Source: Candidatus Obscuribacterales bacterium
GTDB taxonomy: Bacteria; Cyanobacteriota; Vampirovibrionia; Obscuribacterales; Obscuribacteraceae
Direction: 5' to 3'
NCBI GenBank assembly: GCA_965228855.1
Contig: CBDDIJ010000002.1
Location: forward strand, 800,001-864,000
DNA: 64,000 nucleotides
This document shows, one piece after another, positions 1 through 10,766 of this stretch (position 1 is the first letter of the stretch; each line of letters starts with the position of its first letter). The translations under genes and the position numbers were made by a program. The notes under the pieces were generated by a model. It saw nothing but the letters and a program-made list of their open reading frames with translations, was not told the DNA's origin and did not search any database.

Positions 1-240
1 GCCGCACTCAACATGAAGCAGCTTGGTGTGGAAGGCAAAGATGTAGTGACCGAGTTGAACTGGGTGATGAGCAGAAACAAAATGGGCTTCGAGGCGGCAA
101 TCAGTCCTGAAGGCATATTGGAAGTAGTTCATAAGACCAAGACTGAGACCGTCGTTCCGCTGGTTTCTGTGATGAGAAGTAGAGAAGGTCATGTCCTGAC
201 GGAAGTCTATGATGCCGAGGGCAAACCAGTTTCCGAGTGA
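1..240 (+). CDS. 3' end of hypothetical protein (probably truncated by window start)
   Basis: Frame is open from base 1 to TGA at 240; no recognisable motif. Confidence 0.5.
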   Translation, partial: AALNMKQLGVEGKDVVTELNWVMSRNKMGFEAAISPEGILEVVHKTKTETVVPLVSVMRSREGHVLTEVYDAEGKPVSE

Positions 241-487
241 GCATTGCTCGGACGCTTGTCTTCATGACGAAGATTGTTTTGAGAAGTTGAGTTCAATCAT
301 GTCCCGGTGTGTCGTGAAACCATCTCGGTCAGATTATCTGCCGGTTTCATTTCGAAAACATTGGTCGGATAAAGTGTGACAGGCGGGAGATTTACCCGCA
401 TTATGGGTACGATTTCAGTGCGCCCTATTTTTTACCGGTTCTAACCGTGGTCTTGGTAATATAAGTAGGTCAGTCGGAGGTTAGATT

Positions 488-925
488 GTGGCTGAGCCAG
501 CTGAAGTTCCAAAGGGAGACCATTCGCCCGCTGCCAGTAAAGACAGCGTCCAGACCCCGCGTCGTCAGGGGCTTAAAAACTTTGTTCTGGCGTTGAAACA
601 CATCAACGAGGCTTCAGTAGCGGAGAACGTCAAGCAACGTTTTTCCGACTATGTCACAATCGCGCTCGTCGTCCTCTGTATTTTGAGTCTTGTTGTAGCG
701 GTCTCGCTTGATGTTCCGCCTGGAGTCAAGTTCTTGCCGCTTGCGTTCACCGTTGGTGCGGTTTTGTTTTACATCATCAACCGCATGGGTATTATCATAA
801 GCCTGACAGCTCGTCAGGCTTTGATCGTTTGGCAGATTCTCGTCGCCGGCTTCTGGCTTGGTGTGACGAGCGCAATGCTGGTTATGCTGGTTAGCATGTA
901 CTGCTTGTCGCAGATGGGTCCTTAG
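488..925 (+). CDS. Hypothetical membrane protein (~3 TM segments)
   Basis: GGAGG RBS before GTG; three long hydrophobic stretches. Confidence 0.7.
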   Translation: MAEPAEVPKGDHSPAASKDSVQTPRRQGLKNFVLALKHINEASVAENVKQRFSDYVTIALVVLCILSLVVAVSLDVPPGVKFLPLAFTVGAVLFYIINRMGIIISLTARQALIVWQILVAGFWLGVTSAMLVMLVSMYCLSQMGP

Positions 926-959
926 GCTGTTACTGGTCGAATTGAAGGATGCGCTGGTT

Positions 960-2618
960 ATGCAACTGCCGCTCGGTCGATTGAAAAGACCGCCCGGTCG
1001 GATTCTCAGTTTCTTGACCGCAGCCTTAGCCTCGGCGGTGTTGGCCACGTCGTGCGCTTCGCCTCTAAGCGAAAGTGCGAAAGCAGATTTGTCCGGACGC
1101 ATTGTCGTTGGAATGCCCTGGGAGCCGCGTACGCTGAATCCTTTTCGCGGCGTCGATTCCGCCTCTTATTTCGCTCAAACCATGATTCACGGCGGCCTCG
1201 TTCGTTACAACGAAAAGGGCGAAATCAAGCCTGGGCTGGCGGAACGTTTCACCATCTCAGAAGATGGAAAAACCTATACTTTTTTTCTCCGCAAGAATTT
1301 GAAGTTCAGCGATGGTTCGCCTCTAACCTCCGAAGACGTGCTTGCTTCCATCAAAGCGACAGTCGGGCCGGGCTCCCCTTTTAGAAACAACTACGAATGC
1401 ATTCAATCTTTCGATTCTCCTAAGCCACTACAGGTGGTGCTACATTTATCAGCGAAGAACTTGTCGCTAATGTTACGGATGGCGGACTTGCGAGTTGTTC
1501 CTGCAAACAGTTTTTCCGAATCCATGAAGACTTCCAATGTCTTGTCGCGTCAACCGGTTGGCTGTGGTCAGTTTAAACTCGAACGTTGGGACCCAGGTCT
1601 CGAGCTGGTTTTCAAAGCCAATCCGAACTACTGGGGAGAGAAACCCAAGAGTAATTATCTGGTCTGGCGAGTGATACCAGATGGCAACTTGCTATCTGCA
1701 GCGCTATTTCGTGGGGATGTAGATGTAGCCAGGGTGGATGGTCGCATTGAACTTGGCGTCCTGAGCGAGCATAGTGATGTCGAATTTCAGAAATTTCCAG
1801 GCAATCGGACTTTGTTTCTCGCCTTCAACACAGAGAAAGAGCCATATTCGAAACCCAGTTTTCGTCAGGCGATCTCGATGCTCATCGACAAATACGCAAT
1901 CGTCAACAACCTCTACGCCGGTTTCGCAGTTGTACCGAGTTGTGATTTTCCGGAGTACGGACCCGTATACAATCGCTTGTCGCGCCGCTGGCCGCATGAT
2001 CCAAAACAAGCCGTGAGGTTTTTGGAGTCCAGTGGATTTGAATTGCGAAGCGACGGCTGGTATGAGAAGGCGAGCGGAGAGGCCCGGAATGAGCCGGTTT
2101 CACATTCATCAAAAAATTCGGAACGTCTCGCTTTCAAGATTGTCACCATAAAGGATTTTATGGATGTTGCCCAGGTAGTAGCCGGAGATCTACAGTCGGC
2201 CAAGATTGGCGTGCGAGTGGAATTAGTTGAGTATTCGACGATGAAGGATAAATACCTGACTACCGGCGAGTACGACGCCGTGTTGTTCAGCCGCACACAG
2301 GGACCGGATCCTGATTGCAGGCTGGTTTGGGGAAAGAAAGGCCCTCTGAATTATGCGCGTTATAAAAACGATCAACTCGACAACCTGGTTGAAGAGGCAT
2401 ACACTGCTCAGACGGAACCGCGACGAAAGGAATTGTACGACAGCGTTCAGCTGTTGCTGTCCGAACAATTGCCTTTCGTCTATCTTATCCAGCCGAGCCT
2501 GACGATCGCTCACAAAACCTACATAAAGGGAATTGGCGAAGGCGTTTCTAACGACAACGGCATGCCCTGGGACAATCCGCTGTTCGATGCCGGTAACTGG
2601 AAGCGGGTTTCAAAATAA
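960..2618 (+). CDS. ABC transporter substrate-binding lipoprotein, family 5 (peptide/nickel, OppA/AppA-like)
   Basis: Lipobox LATSC; PGLAERF..SEDGKTYTFFLRKNLKFSDGSPLTSEDV family-5 signature; PVGCGQFKL and NPNYWGEKP; start 960 (ATG) or 942 (TTG). Confidence 0.9.
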   Translation: MQLPLGRLKRPPGRILSFLTAALASAVLATSCASPLSESAKADLSGRIVVGMPWEPRTLNPFRGVDSASYFAQTMIHGGLVRYNEKGEIKPGLAERFTISEDGKTYTFFLRKNLKFSDGSPLTSEDVLASIKATVGPGSPFRNNYECIQSFDSPKPLQVVLHLSAKNLSLMLRMADLRVVPANSFSESMKTSNVLSRQPVGCGQFKLERWDPGLELVFKANPNYWGEKPKSNYLVWRVIPDGNLLSAALFRGDVDVARVDGRIELGVLSEHSDVEFQKFPGNRTLFLAFNTEKEPYSKPSFRQAISMLIDKYAIVNNLYAGFAVVPSCDFPEYGPVYNRLSRRWPHDPKQAVRFLESSGFELRSDGWYEKASGEARNEPVSHSSKNSERLAFKIVTIKDFMDVAQVVAGDLQSAKIGVRVELVEYSTMKDKYLTTGEYDAVLFSRTQGPDPDCRLVWGKKGPLNYARYKNDQLDNLVEEAYTAQTEPRRKELYDSVQLLLSEQLPFVYLIQPSLTIAHKTYIKGIGEGVSNDNGMPWDNPLFDAGNWKRVSK

Positions 2619-2629
2619 TCCAAAGCGAA

Positions 2630-2651
2630 AGCGCCTCGGTTAGGAGGCGCT
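2630..2651. terminator. Hairpin between convergent genes
   Basis: AGCGCCTC-ggttag-GAGGCGCT just after the SBP stop. Confidence 0.55.
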
Positions 2652-2857
2652 CTGAAAGCTATACGGTGTAATTATCGGTTTAGCGCAGCGACCGTGTTCA
2701 GCGAGCAAATCCAGCACATACGGTTGGTTTGTTTTGCTGCGGTTTCACTGATGTGTCCGATAACGCACAAGAAATTCCTGCAACAAATCAAAGGCGACTT
2801 GCATCGCGCATCGAGATGTCGTTACCGGTCCAGATTACAACGCTAAGCGCTCAGCAA

Positions 2858-3103
2858 TTACTTGCTGGTCGTAACCGTGATTCCTTCGATGTAGGACTCA
2901 GGGCAAACGAGAACGTTGCCGTTGTGCTCTCTGTACCAACGCAGAGCTTTAGCTTTGCGGTGGATTACCCGTTTTCTATGGCTCGGATATGAGTATTCCG
3001 GTGGCTTAAGGTGGAAATAACGCCCTTCATCGCCGCAAGCTTGGGCAAGTGCTGCCGGTGCTGCGATCATAGACAGAAGTGCTGTCAATACGAGTGCTCT
3101 CAT
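2858..3103 (-). CDS. Small secreted hypothetical protein
   Basis: Signal peptide ending ALA-QA; AGGAGAGG RBS upstream. Confidence 0.65.
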   Translation of the reverse strand: MRALVLTALLSMIAAPAALAQACGDEGRYFHLKPPEYSYPSHRKRVIHRKAKALRWYREHNGNVLVCPESYIEGITVTTSK

Positions 3104-3490
3104 GAAATATGCCTCTCCTTCAACTGAGGTTTTTGCTCGCTTTACTGGTAAAAGTGGTTCGGACTATCCGGACCAGTGACTCCCAACAAAGAGCCCAAAG
3201 TGATTGTACTATTCCCCGGTCGAACTGAAATATGTCAAGAATCGGAATCTTTCAAGCCAGGGTCGCGAAAGCGCCGAATAGATACTAATTAGCGCGGTTT
3301 ACAACTTTGTTGCCGATTGAAACTAGATTTGTCGAAAAACATCTTTGATTATTATCTGCATCTCGTTTGTGTATTACCCAAGATTGTTGGGCAGGTTGAA
3401 CTAGGCACATTTTGGGTTTTCAAGAGAATGTATTACACTCTCTTGTATATGTGATCCATATAACTAAGCCTCTAGAGAAAGATCTGTTCA

Positions 3491-6400
3491 GTGTCAAAGA
3501 CTCGTCGCCCAGACATTCGTTCGCGTAGGATGCCCCCACAACCGACAGATTGTCGAGATGCCATGCACTGGTTCGTCGACAACTTCGCTTTGTACACCGG
3601 ATCAGTTCGTGGACTTTTCGTAAGCGACTTCAGCGCAGAGTATGACGCTTACATCGAGTCTTCCGTCATAAATCTTCGAGCCCGCGGCATCGAGCCGTTT
3701 CTCACTGTTGGTGATCAAATCGTCGCTCAAGCAGAGGCACTATGGGCGATGGCAACGTCTGGCACGCCATTCAATCAACCCCATGTCACTAACTTCGAAC
3801 TGGACATGCTGCGCGCGGAAGTCGCAATCATCAAGGACCTCGAGGCGCCTGTGACGCCGTCGCAGCTCTGGTATCTCTACCACTACATAATTTATCCGCG
3901 AGCTCTGTTCAACAAGGCCACCGTCATTACAACCTCTCTGGGGCTGGATGAGTTCGTCGCATACGGCTCGGAATGCGAAGATTTCGAATACGCCGGACGC
4001 AAACTGTCATGGGAAAAACTGATGTGGCTGGTCGAGGCGACGATGATCGATCTCTACCAATTCCGTCAGGTAAAAACCGATGGGCATCCGCCTATGCTCA
4101 AGGCTGAATACAACCTTTTCAATGCCATGAATGAGCGGGGCTTACCAGTGACTGCTCAACAAGTCCTCGGCGATTACATGCTGGATATGTCCATTGCCGA
4201 TCGTGATAATCGGCTTGCCATTGAGATTGACGTTCTTGCGTCATTAGACCCTAGTGTGTCCGGCAGCGGCGATGCGAAGAAAAACCTCGTACTTTTGAGT
4301 GACGGCTGGAAAATTCTTCGGTTTACAACGGCCGAAATTCTTGGAGATTTGACGTCTTGCGTTGATGCGGTAGAGCAGGTGTGGACGGCTGGTCGAAAGA
4401 AGTCCGCTGTGGGCAGACTGATGTCCGGGCGCGAACAACCGAAAATTCACGAGTTGCCGGTTGACGACGACTCCCAAAAGCTTGCCATCACCCATGGTGC
4501 GGGACCGGTCGCTGTAACCGGCGGGGCTGGAACCGGAAAGACCAGTACCGTTGCTCACCGTGTTGCTTACCTGCTTGCACAAGGCGTATGCCCGGAGCGG
4601 ATTCTGGTGTTTTCGCATTCGGAGGAGACAGTTGCTCAGCTCAAGAGGAAAGTGGAGGTTCTTTCGGACGGTCAAACGGTCCAGCGCATTGGTTTTTCCG
4701 ACTGGAAAGACCTCGGACTGAGAATCCTCAAGGAGAACGCCGCGGCTGTGAAACGCAAACCGCCGTTAAAACTTGAAGCTACTCCGCACCGAGTTCTTCA
4801 GCGCGTTTTGAAGAAAGAGCTTAAGGATATCGACCCACTGCAGTTGGAGATGATGGATGCTGAGGTCGATGAAGCCACCATTGGACAGCTCATCTCGCTC
4901 TACAAGGCTAATTTAATTACCCCTGAGCGCATTAAGGAAAGAGCCACTACCGACGCGGAAGACCTTGTCGCAAAGCTATTTTCTGCATACGAGGAGGCTC
5001 TCAAGAAAAGCAACAAAGTCGATCCGGATGACACAATTTCTCTATGTGCCCAGCTGCTTGCCGACGATCCTGAGGTGCGTGCGAAGTATCAACACAAGTA
5101 TGAGTTTGTGATCGTCGACGAATACCAAGAGTGCACCGCAGCTGCCGATTTAATGGCAAGACTGCTTGCCTTTCCCCAGGAAAACTTGTTCCTGGTCGGC
5201 GATGAGGACGAGTGTGTGACCGAGAACAAGGGCGCCATGCCGCGCTATCTCGCGGACACTTCGATTAGAATGCCGAATGCGCGTTGTTATATTCTCGATA
5301 AGAACTGGCGCAGTCACCCGGCGATTGTCGATCACTCGCGAAGTTTGGCAGCGGCATTGGGTTTTCACGGAATCGTCAAAGATATGTTTCCGGGCTACGG
5401 TACGGCTGCGACCAGTGCGGTGATCGGACCGCAGCAATGCAAAAGCGAGGAGGCCGAAGCCGACTGGGTTGCTAACGAAGTGGCAATTCTCATCGAAAGC
5501 GGAAAGTCTCTCAACGATATAGTCGTACTCTGGCGAAATCAGCGCTATGCCTCGCTTCTGGAAGCGGCGCTGTTTAAAAAGAACATCAAATGTGTTTCTG
5601 CAACCGCCGGCAGTGAGTCCGTACCTGACGAAGTCGGTGACGTGATGGCGTTTTTACGGCTTGTTATGGATCCGGATGGACCGAAAGCCAGAGCCTCTTT
5701 TGAACGCTTTTGCCAGCTCAAGTCGCGCGAAATGGATCAAAAACTTTCCCGGCTGTCCAATACGATCGCTTCATTTGCCGAAGCAAACAATCTGTCGTTT
5801 CTCAAAGCCATAGAGATCTACCATGACGCCACTGCAGATAGTTCATGCGAAGACCTTGCGCAGCTAGTTCGTATTGTGCGAACGATGAATCAAGAAGGGC
5901 TTCCGCCGGCGCAGACGATAGGTCTGCTTAAACGTACCCAGAAGCTGAACGAAATTTATGCTGCGGTGACAGTGCCACCAGGAGTGGTGTATGAGCCGAT
6001 GCGCAAAGTTGAGCAACTTGAAGAAGAAGCTAAGGCTTATGGCACCGTCAGAGAGTTTGTGAAAGCGAAACAGGAGTTCCTGGAGAACAAGGACCCTTCC
6101 ATTGATGAGTCGTGTATCCAGGTCAAGAGTTTCGAAGATTCAAAAGGATGTGAGTATCCGATTGCGTTTCTAACAGGTATGGCGGAGGGATTGTGTCCTT
6201 CGGATCAGGCGGTGAATGTCGAAGAGGAGCGGCGGCTCTGTTATGTAGCGATGACTCGCGCGAAGGAGTTGCTTTATATCTCTTATCCCGCGACGTACGA
6301 GGAGAAGCCGGTACCGCCCTCACCCTTCCTGGTGGAGGCGCGTCTGTTGCCTATAAACGTTTATCGTAAGGCTGTTAGTCTAATTCAACATGAACTTCCC

Positions 6401-9175
6401 GCGAAGCCGAATGCTCAGGCTGAGCCGGCTGCGCCAGGGTCAGGTATGCTGACGCCGATTATGACTGGCAGACCGGAAAGAGTTCGACCGGGAGCAAACC
6501 GAGAAAGAAATCGTGAAGGTGCTCCCGCTGCAAGTCCAGGACAGCAACAGCCGGGTCAGCAACCCGGTGGTACTGCCGGTAGTGCTCCCCCGTCTGGTCA
6601 GGGCGGCGTGCGCCAACAGCGAGCCGGAAACCGGCCCGGTAGTGATGTCGCAGATCTTTTGGGCGGGCGGATCACTGCACCCGGAAGTGCTGCTCCACCC
6701 GGCGGCAGTGCTCAGCCGATTATACGACCCGCCGGACACAGCGCGAATCTGGCAAGGGGTGCTGCAGGAGACAGTACGATTCAGAACCCGTCGGCACCTG
6801 GACAAAATCAGATGCCTCAGAGTCCCGCCGGTCAGACTACTCCTGGTCAACAGGCCAACCCATTTGTCGGTTTCGATGCGGACCATTCCAGAGTTACTGA
6901 TGAAGCTCGACAGCGGGCGGAAAATGAAACCCGATTGAAAGCTCAGTACGAAGCCCACATCGTAGCTCAACAGCAAGCGGCCGCCCAGGCGGAACTCGAG
7001 GCTCAGAAAAGGGCAGAGCAGGACGCATACCTCAGGATGCGTCATGAGCAGCAAATGCGCGAACAGCAGGAAGCGCTGATACGCGCTCAGCAGGAGGAGT
7101 CGCTCAAACGAGCAATGGAGGAGGCTGCTCGAAAAGAGCAGCATGAGGCGCGGATGAAGGCCGACCATGAGGTCGAGATTCGCAAACAGCAGGAAGCGGA
7201 ACTCCAGGCTCAGCGCGAAGCGGCCATCCTCGCTCAGCAGGAGGCAGAGCAACGAGCTCGTCAGGAGGCGGCACAGCGAGCACAGGAGGAGGCCGCTGCC
7301 AGGGCTCAGCATGATGCCATGCTCCTTTTGATACAGCAGGAAGCGGAGCGGAAAGCGCAAGAGGAAGCTGCTCTGCTTGCCCAACAAGAAGCGGAGGCAC
7401 AGGCAGAGGCGCTTCGTGAAGCCGAGCTTCACGCTCAGCGCCTGGCGGAAGAGCAGGCGCAACGCGAAGCTGCATTGAGAGCGCAGCAGGAGGCAGAGCG
7501 GCTGGTGCGCGAAGAGGCTGCTCGTCAGGCTCAGGCGCAGGAAGCCGCATTGCAAGCCCAGAGGGAGGCTGCCCTGAATGCGCAGCAGCAAGCACAGTTT
7601 AATGCACAGCAGGATGCGGCCCTGCGCGCCCAGCAGCATGCCGCTTTGCAGGCGCAGCAGCAACAGCAGCAACAGCAGCAACAGCAGCAAGCCGAATTTG
7701 GAGCGGTTCAACAATCTGCAATGACGCCACAGCAGCAAGCAGAGTATTACGCTCAGCAAGAGGCTGCGCTGAAAGCTCAGCGCCAAGCCGAGTTCAACGC
7801 CAGGATTGAGGCATCGTTAGCGGCGCAGCAGGAAGCGGAATACAGAGCACAACAGCAGGAAGCTGCTCTGCGAGCCCAGAATCAGCCAGTTCCGCAAGCG
7901 TCTGATCTCGATGCACAAAGAGCTCAACAAGAAGCTGCGGCTCGGGCGCAACAAGAGGCGCTCGCTCGCGTTCAGGAGAAAGCCGCTCAGCGAGCTATGA
8001 TCGATCTGGAACTCAGAATGTCTCAAGAGGCAGCGATGAGAAGTGAGCAGCAGGCTTCGATTCAGAATCCGTCTAGCGCAACTCCGACAAATTCCACTTC
8101 TGACTTGACTAAACTCGTGGACGAACAGTTCAATTTTGCAGGTGTGCCGATCTCGCAAATTCAGCCGCCGGGAAGTGATTCTGAACTAAAGCAAGAGGTA
8201 GAACCAGATCGATCCAAGCAAGAAGAAGAGGTCCGTTCAATCAAAGAAAGTTTGGACGAACTGAGTCCTGCCGAGCGAAGTAAACAGCAAGACGCACTTC
8301 GCAAAAAGGCCCGAGAGAAGCTCTCTAAGGGACGGAAGAAGAAAGGCGGCGAAACTGATGCTGTGCCGTCGGCAGAGCCAATTTTAGAAGTCGCACCAGC
8401 AGCGGTGTCACAAGAACCGGTTGCGGCTCCTGGCGAAGTATTAGCTGAACCAGTTTTAGCCGCTCCATCTCACGAAGTGTCTCCGGAACCGACTCCAGCA
8501 CCTCCGCCGCGTGAGCCTTCTGTGGAGCCAGTGGCCTCAAGTCCTCCTCTCCAACCTTCTCCGGAACCAGTTTCAGAACCTCCGGAAACGCCAGTGCATT
8601 TAATGCCAACGTCTCCACAGCCTGCAATGCCGGCAGGATTGCCGCCGGCTGCCGCTTCGTCAACTGGCTTCGAGCAGTCGAATCCATACTCGAACGCACC
8701 CAATCCGTATGGTCAGACTCCGGATCCATACGGACGATCGTTACCGCAAACACCTGCTCAGCAGTCAGGTTCTCAGCATCCACTCGACTCATTCTCCAGT
8801 TCTCGCGCCCAGCAACCGGGTCCGTATGGGCATCAGGAAGGGCCACCGCCGGCGGTAGCGCCACCAGCGCCGGAGTTTAAATCACCACCTTATACGCCCG
8901 CGCCTGCTCAACCGCTCCTTGAGGCTGCGCCACAAATAACGCCGGTTGTGCCAAACCAGTCGAGCTTGCCTTTTTGTCCTCAATGCTCGAATCCACTGGA
9001 GCCGAATGCGCGATTCTGCGGCGAGTGCGGCCTGCACCTCAGTGTTCAGCCACAAGTGGCGGCTCCAGTTGCCATACCGGCTCCTGCGCCGGTCGGAATC
9101 TCCTGTCCCAGTTGCGCTGAGCCTTTAGAGCCAAATGCCAGATTCTGCGGAGAATGCGGTCACTCACTTGTTTGA
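3491..9175 (+). CDS. Giant UvrD/PcrA-like SF1 helicase fusion: IstB/DnaC-like remnant, DUF559-like domain, SF1 core, Q/A/E coiled coil, Pro-rich linker, double zinc ribbon
   Basis: GGAGTGKT, VDEYQE, NWRSHPAIV, SKGCEYP, EEERRLCYVAMTRAK; LAIEID...GWKILRFT; two C-terminal CPxCxxPLEPNARFCGECG repeats. Confidence 0.85.
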   Translation: MSKTRRPDIRSRRMPPQPTDCRDAMHWFVDNFALYTGSVRGLFVSDFSAEYDAYIESSVINLRARGIEPFLTVGDQIVAQAEALWAMATSGTPFNQPHVTNFELDMLRAEVAIIKDLEAPVTPSQLWYLYHYIIYPRALFNKATVITTSLGLDEFVAYGSECEDFEYAGRKLSWEKLMWLVEATMIDLYQFRQVKTDGHPPMLKAEYNLFNAMNERGLPVTAQQVLGDYMLDMSIADRDNRLAIEIDVLASLDPSVSGSGDAKKNLVLLSDGWKILRFTTAEILGDLTSCVDAVEQVWTAGRKKSAVGRLMSGREQPKIHELPVDDDSQKLAITHGAGPVAVTGGAGTGKTSTVAHRVAYLLAQGVCPERILVFSHSEETVAQLKRKVEVLSDGQTVQRIGFSDWKDLGLRILKENAAAVKRKPPLKLEATPHRVLQRVLKKELKDIDPLQLEMMDAEVDEATIGQLISLYKANLITPERIKERATTDAEDLVAKLFSAYEEALKKSNKVDPDDTISLCAQLLADDPEVRAKYQHKYEFVIVDEYQECTAAADLMARLLAFPQENLFLVGDEDECVTENKGAMPRYLADTSIRMPNARCYILDKNWRSHPAIVDHSRSLAAALGFHGIVKDMFPGYGTAATSAVIGPQQCKSEEAEADWVANEVAILIESGKSLNDIVVLWRNQRYASLLEAALFKKNIKCVSATAGSESVPDEVGDVMAFLRLVMDPDGPKARASFERFCQLKSREMDQKLSRLSNTIASFAEANNLSFLKAIEIYHDATADSSCEDLAQLVRIVRTMNQEGLPPAQTIGLLKRTQKLNEIYAAVTVPPGVVYEPMRKVEQLEEEAKAYGTVREFVKAKQEFLENKDPSIDESCIQVKSFEDSKGCEYPIAFLTGMAEGLCPSDQAVNVEEERRLCYVAMTRAKELLYISYPATYEEKPVPPSPFLVEARLLPINVYRKAVSLIQHELPAKPNAQAEPAAPGSGMLTPIMTGRPERVRPGANRERNREGAPAASPGQQQPGQQPGGTAGSAPPSGQGGVRQQRAGNRPGSDVADLLGGRITAPGSAAPPGGSAQPIIRPAGHSANLARGAAGDSTIQNPSAPGQNQMPQSPAGQTTPGQQANPFVGFDADHSRVTDEARQRAENETRLKAQYEAHIVAQQQAAAQAELEAQKRAEQDAYLRMRHEQQMREQQEALIRAQQEESLKRAMEEAARKEQHEARMKADHEVEIRKQQEAELQAQREAAILAQQEAEQRARQEAAQRAQEEAAARAQHDAMLLLIQQEAERKAQEEAALLAQQEAEAQAEALREAELHAQRLAEEQAQREAALRAQQEAERLVREEAARQAQAQEAALQAQREAALNAQQQAQFNAQQDAALRAQQHAALQAQQQQQQQQQQQQAEFGAVQQSAMTPQQQAEYYAQQEAALKAQRQAEFNARIEASLAAQQEAEYRAQQQEAALRAQNQPVPQASDLDAQRAQQEAAARAQQEALARVQEKAAQRAMIDLELRMSQEAAMRSEQQASIQNPSSATPTNSTSDLTKLVDEQFNFAGVPISQIQPPGSDSELKQEVEPDRSKQEEEVRSIKESLDELSPAERSKQQDALRKKAREKLSKGRKKKGGETDAVPSAEPILEVAPAAVSQEPVAAPGEVLAEPVLAAPSHEVSPEPTPAPPPREPSVEPVASSPPLQPSPEPVSEPPETPVHLMPTSPQPAMPAGLPPAAASSTGFEQSNPYSNAPNPYGQTPDPYGRSLPQTPAQQSGSQHPLDSFSSSRAQQPGPYGHQEGPPPAVAPPAPEFKSPPYTPAPAQPLLEAAPQITPVVPNQSSLPFCPQCSNPLEPNARFCGECGLHLSVQPQVAAPVAIPAPAPVGISCPSCAEPLEPNARFCGECGHSLV
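7655..7690 (+). repeat. (CAGCAGCAA)x4 encoding Q12 inside the helicase
   Basis: Read directly. Confidence 0.9.
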
Positions 9176-9801
9176 GCTTGCGAACTGAGCCGGACTCTCG
9201 GCTGTGCTAACAGTTCTTCGACCTGTCTTGCGGTTTCCTCAAGAGTTCCGGAATTATCGATACTGTAGTCTGCACGAGAGACTTTCTGTTCCTGGGGAAG
9301 CTGGGCTGCGAGTCGGCGGTCGACATCTTGCATTGATAATTGATCTCGTTGCTGAATTCTCTTCTTCAATATCTCTGCATCGGCGTAGATGGCCCAGATT
9401 TCGTCGTACTGTTTTTCGAGATTAGCTTCGAACAAAAGGGGTACCAGAACTGCTACGACATCGCTCTGTTCGCTCGCTTTTGCAATTTGTCGGCGGCACT
9501 CAGCGATTGTCGCAGGATGCACGATTGCTTCTAAAGCCTTGCGGGCGCCGGCATCTTTAAAAACAATCTGACCCAGTGCCGGTCTGTCCACCTTCTCTAT
9601 TCCATTGTGTGAAACTATCACAGAATCACCAAAACGGTTGCGAATAGCCGATCTCAGATCGACGCTGTCTTCGAACAGTTCATGAACTACTGCGTCAGAA
9701 TCAATCACTGGAATTCCCATACGTTCAAGAACGTGTCCGACGGCGGATTTGCCAGAACCTATCGTTCCTGTGATACCAATGACGTAAGGTGATTTGCTCA
9801 C
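9160..9801 (-). CDS. coaE: Dephospho-CoA kinase
   Basis: IGITGTIGSGKS P-loop, IDSD, VDRPALGQIVF, LEAIVHP, VPLLFE, RLAAQLP, IDNSG. Confidence 0.95.
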   Translation of the reverse strand: MSKSPYVIGITGTIGSGKSAVGHVLERMGIPVIDSDAVVHELFEDSVDLRSAIRNRFGDSVIVSHNGIEKVDRPALGQIVFKDAGARKALEAIVHPATIAECRRQIAKASEQSDVVAVLVPLLFEANLEKQYDEIWAIYADAEILKKRIQQRDQLSMQDVDRRLAAQLPQEQKVSRADYSIDNSGTLEETARQVEELLAQPRVRLSSQAQTSE

Positions 9802-10766
9802 AGAAGTCTGTTGCCTGTTGCCTTGAGTTGCAAACGTTGCACGAAGTCATTTACCGATGGAGCATAAACCGCGGGACGCTTGGCCTGAGTCTTTATGCGA
9901 ATCTCCGTGGACCCAGCATCCAGCGGGCTTGCCACCAAAATTAAGAATGCCGCCGCATCGTCCGGGTCCCCTTGCTTGGGAATTTTGAGGAGAATGTGTC
10001 CTGCCGGAACTGAGTCTGAGATGACGTTCCATCCTGAGACCTGTGCTTCCTGCAAAATGGAGTTATAAACTGTTCTGAAGTCTGCACTTAACGTAGCAAT
10101 GATTAAGCCACCTCCGGCTGGTTGGTTTCGAATGGCTTCAGCTGTAGCTCTCCAGGCAACCGGAGGTTTGTATTCAGAAGCCTGAGCCTGTTTTGTACTC
10201 GGAAGAAAAGTGCTGGGTGGTGGTGCCGATGGTGCCGGTGAGTAAATCTTAGGAAGTATGGAACCGGGCGTTGACAGCGGGAGTCGTACGGAATAGGTTT
10301 GTTGATCGGAGGCAGCAGGAGTAGAAGGCGAAGTCGATAAAGGAAGTATTGAATTCAAGGGTGCAGCAGTAGTATTCGAGCTGCTGTCTGTTTGAATTAT
10401 TCTTTCTAGCGTCGGTGTGTTCGCTGGGTTGTTGACCGGCTCTTGTATGTCTTGGTTCGAAGTGGTGGGCTGTTTGACCGGTTCGGTTGTCGTGATTGAC
10501 GGCGCTGTCATCAGTCGGTTAGCGGGTGGACGTTCTTCGGAAGATGTATTTGACGATGAGCGCAAAGGCGAGAACGGACTCTTCGGTATATAGGGAAAAA
10601 ATTTCCGGCGTGGTACCGCAGGCGGTGCGGTCGGTGGTGAGGTCGCGGTCTCATCTGCTGCCGCATAACGTGTCTCGTTCGAGGCAGTAGCGGGTGCTGC
10701 TGCCGCAAGTGCGATTATGATGGCCGCAAATGGGAGAACTAATTTCGTTGAGTTGGTCCAAAACAT
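9798..10766 (-). CDS. Secreted Pro/Ser/Thr-rich hypothetical protein with small C-terminal globular domain
   Basis: Signal peptide; stop overlaps the coaE start by 4 bp (translational coupling). Confidence 0.7.
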   Translation of the reverse strand: MFWTNSTKLVLPFAAIIIALAAAAPATASNETRYAAADETATSPPTAPPAVPRRKFFPYIPKSPFSPLRSSSNTSSEERPPANRLMTAPSITTTEPVKQPTTSNQDIQEPVNNPANTPTLERIIQTDSSSNTTAAPLNSILPLSTSPSTPAASDQQTYSVRLPLSTPGSILPKIYSPAPSAPPPSTFLPSTKQAQASEYKPPVAWRATAEAIRNQPAGGGLIIATLSADFRTVYNSILQEAQVSGWNVISDSVPAGHILLKIPKQGDPDDAAAFLILVASPLDAGSTEIRIKTQAKRPAVYAPSVNDFVQRLQLKATGNRLL

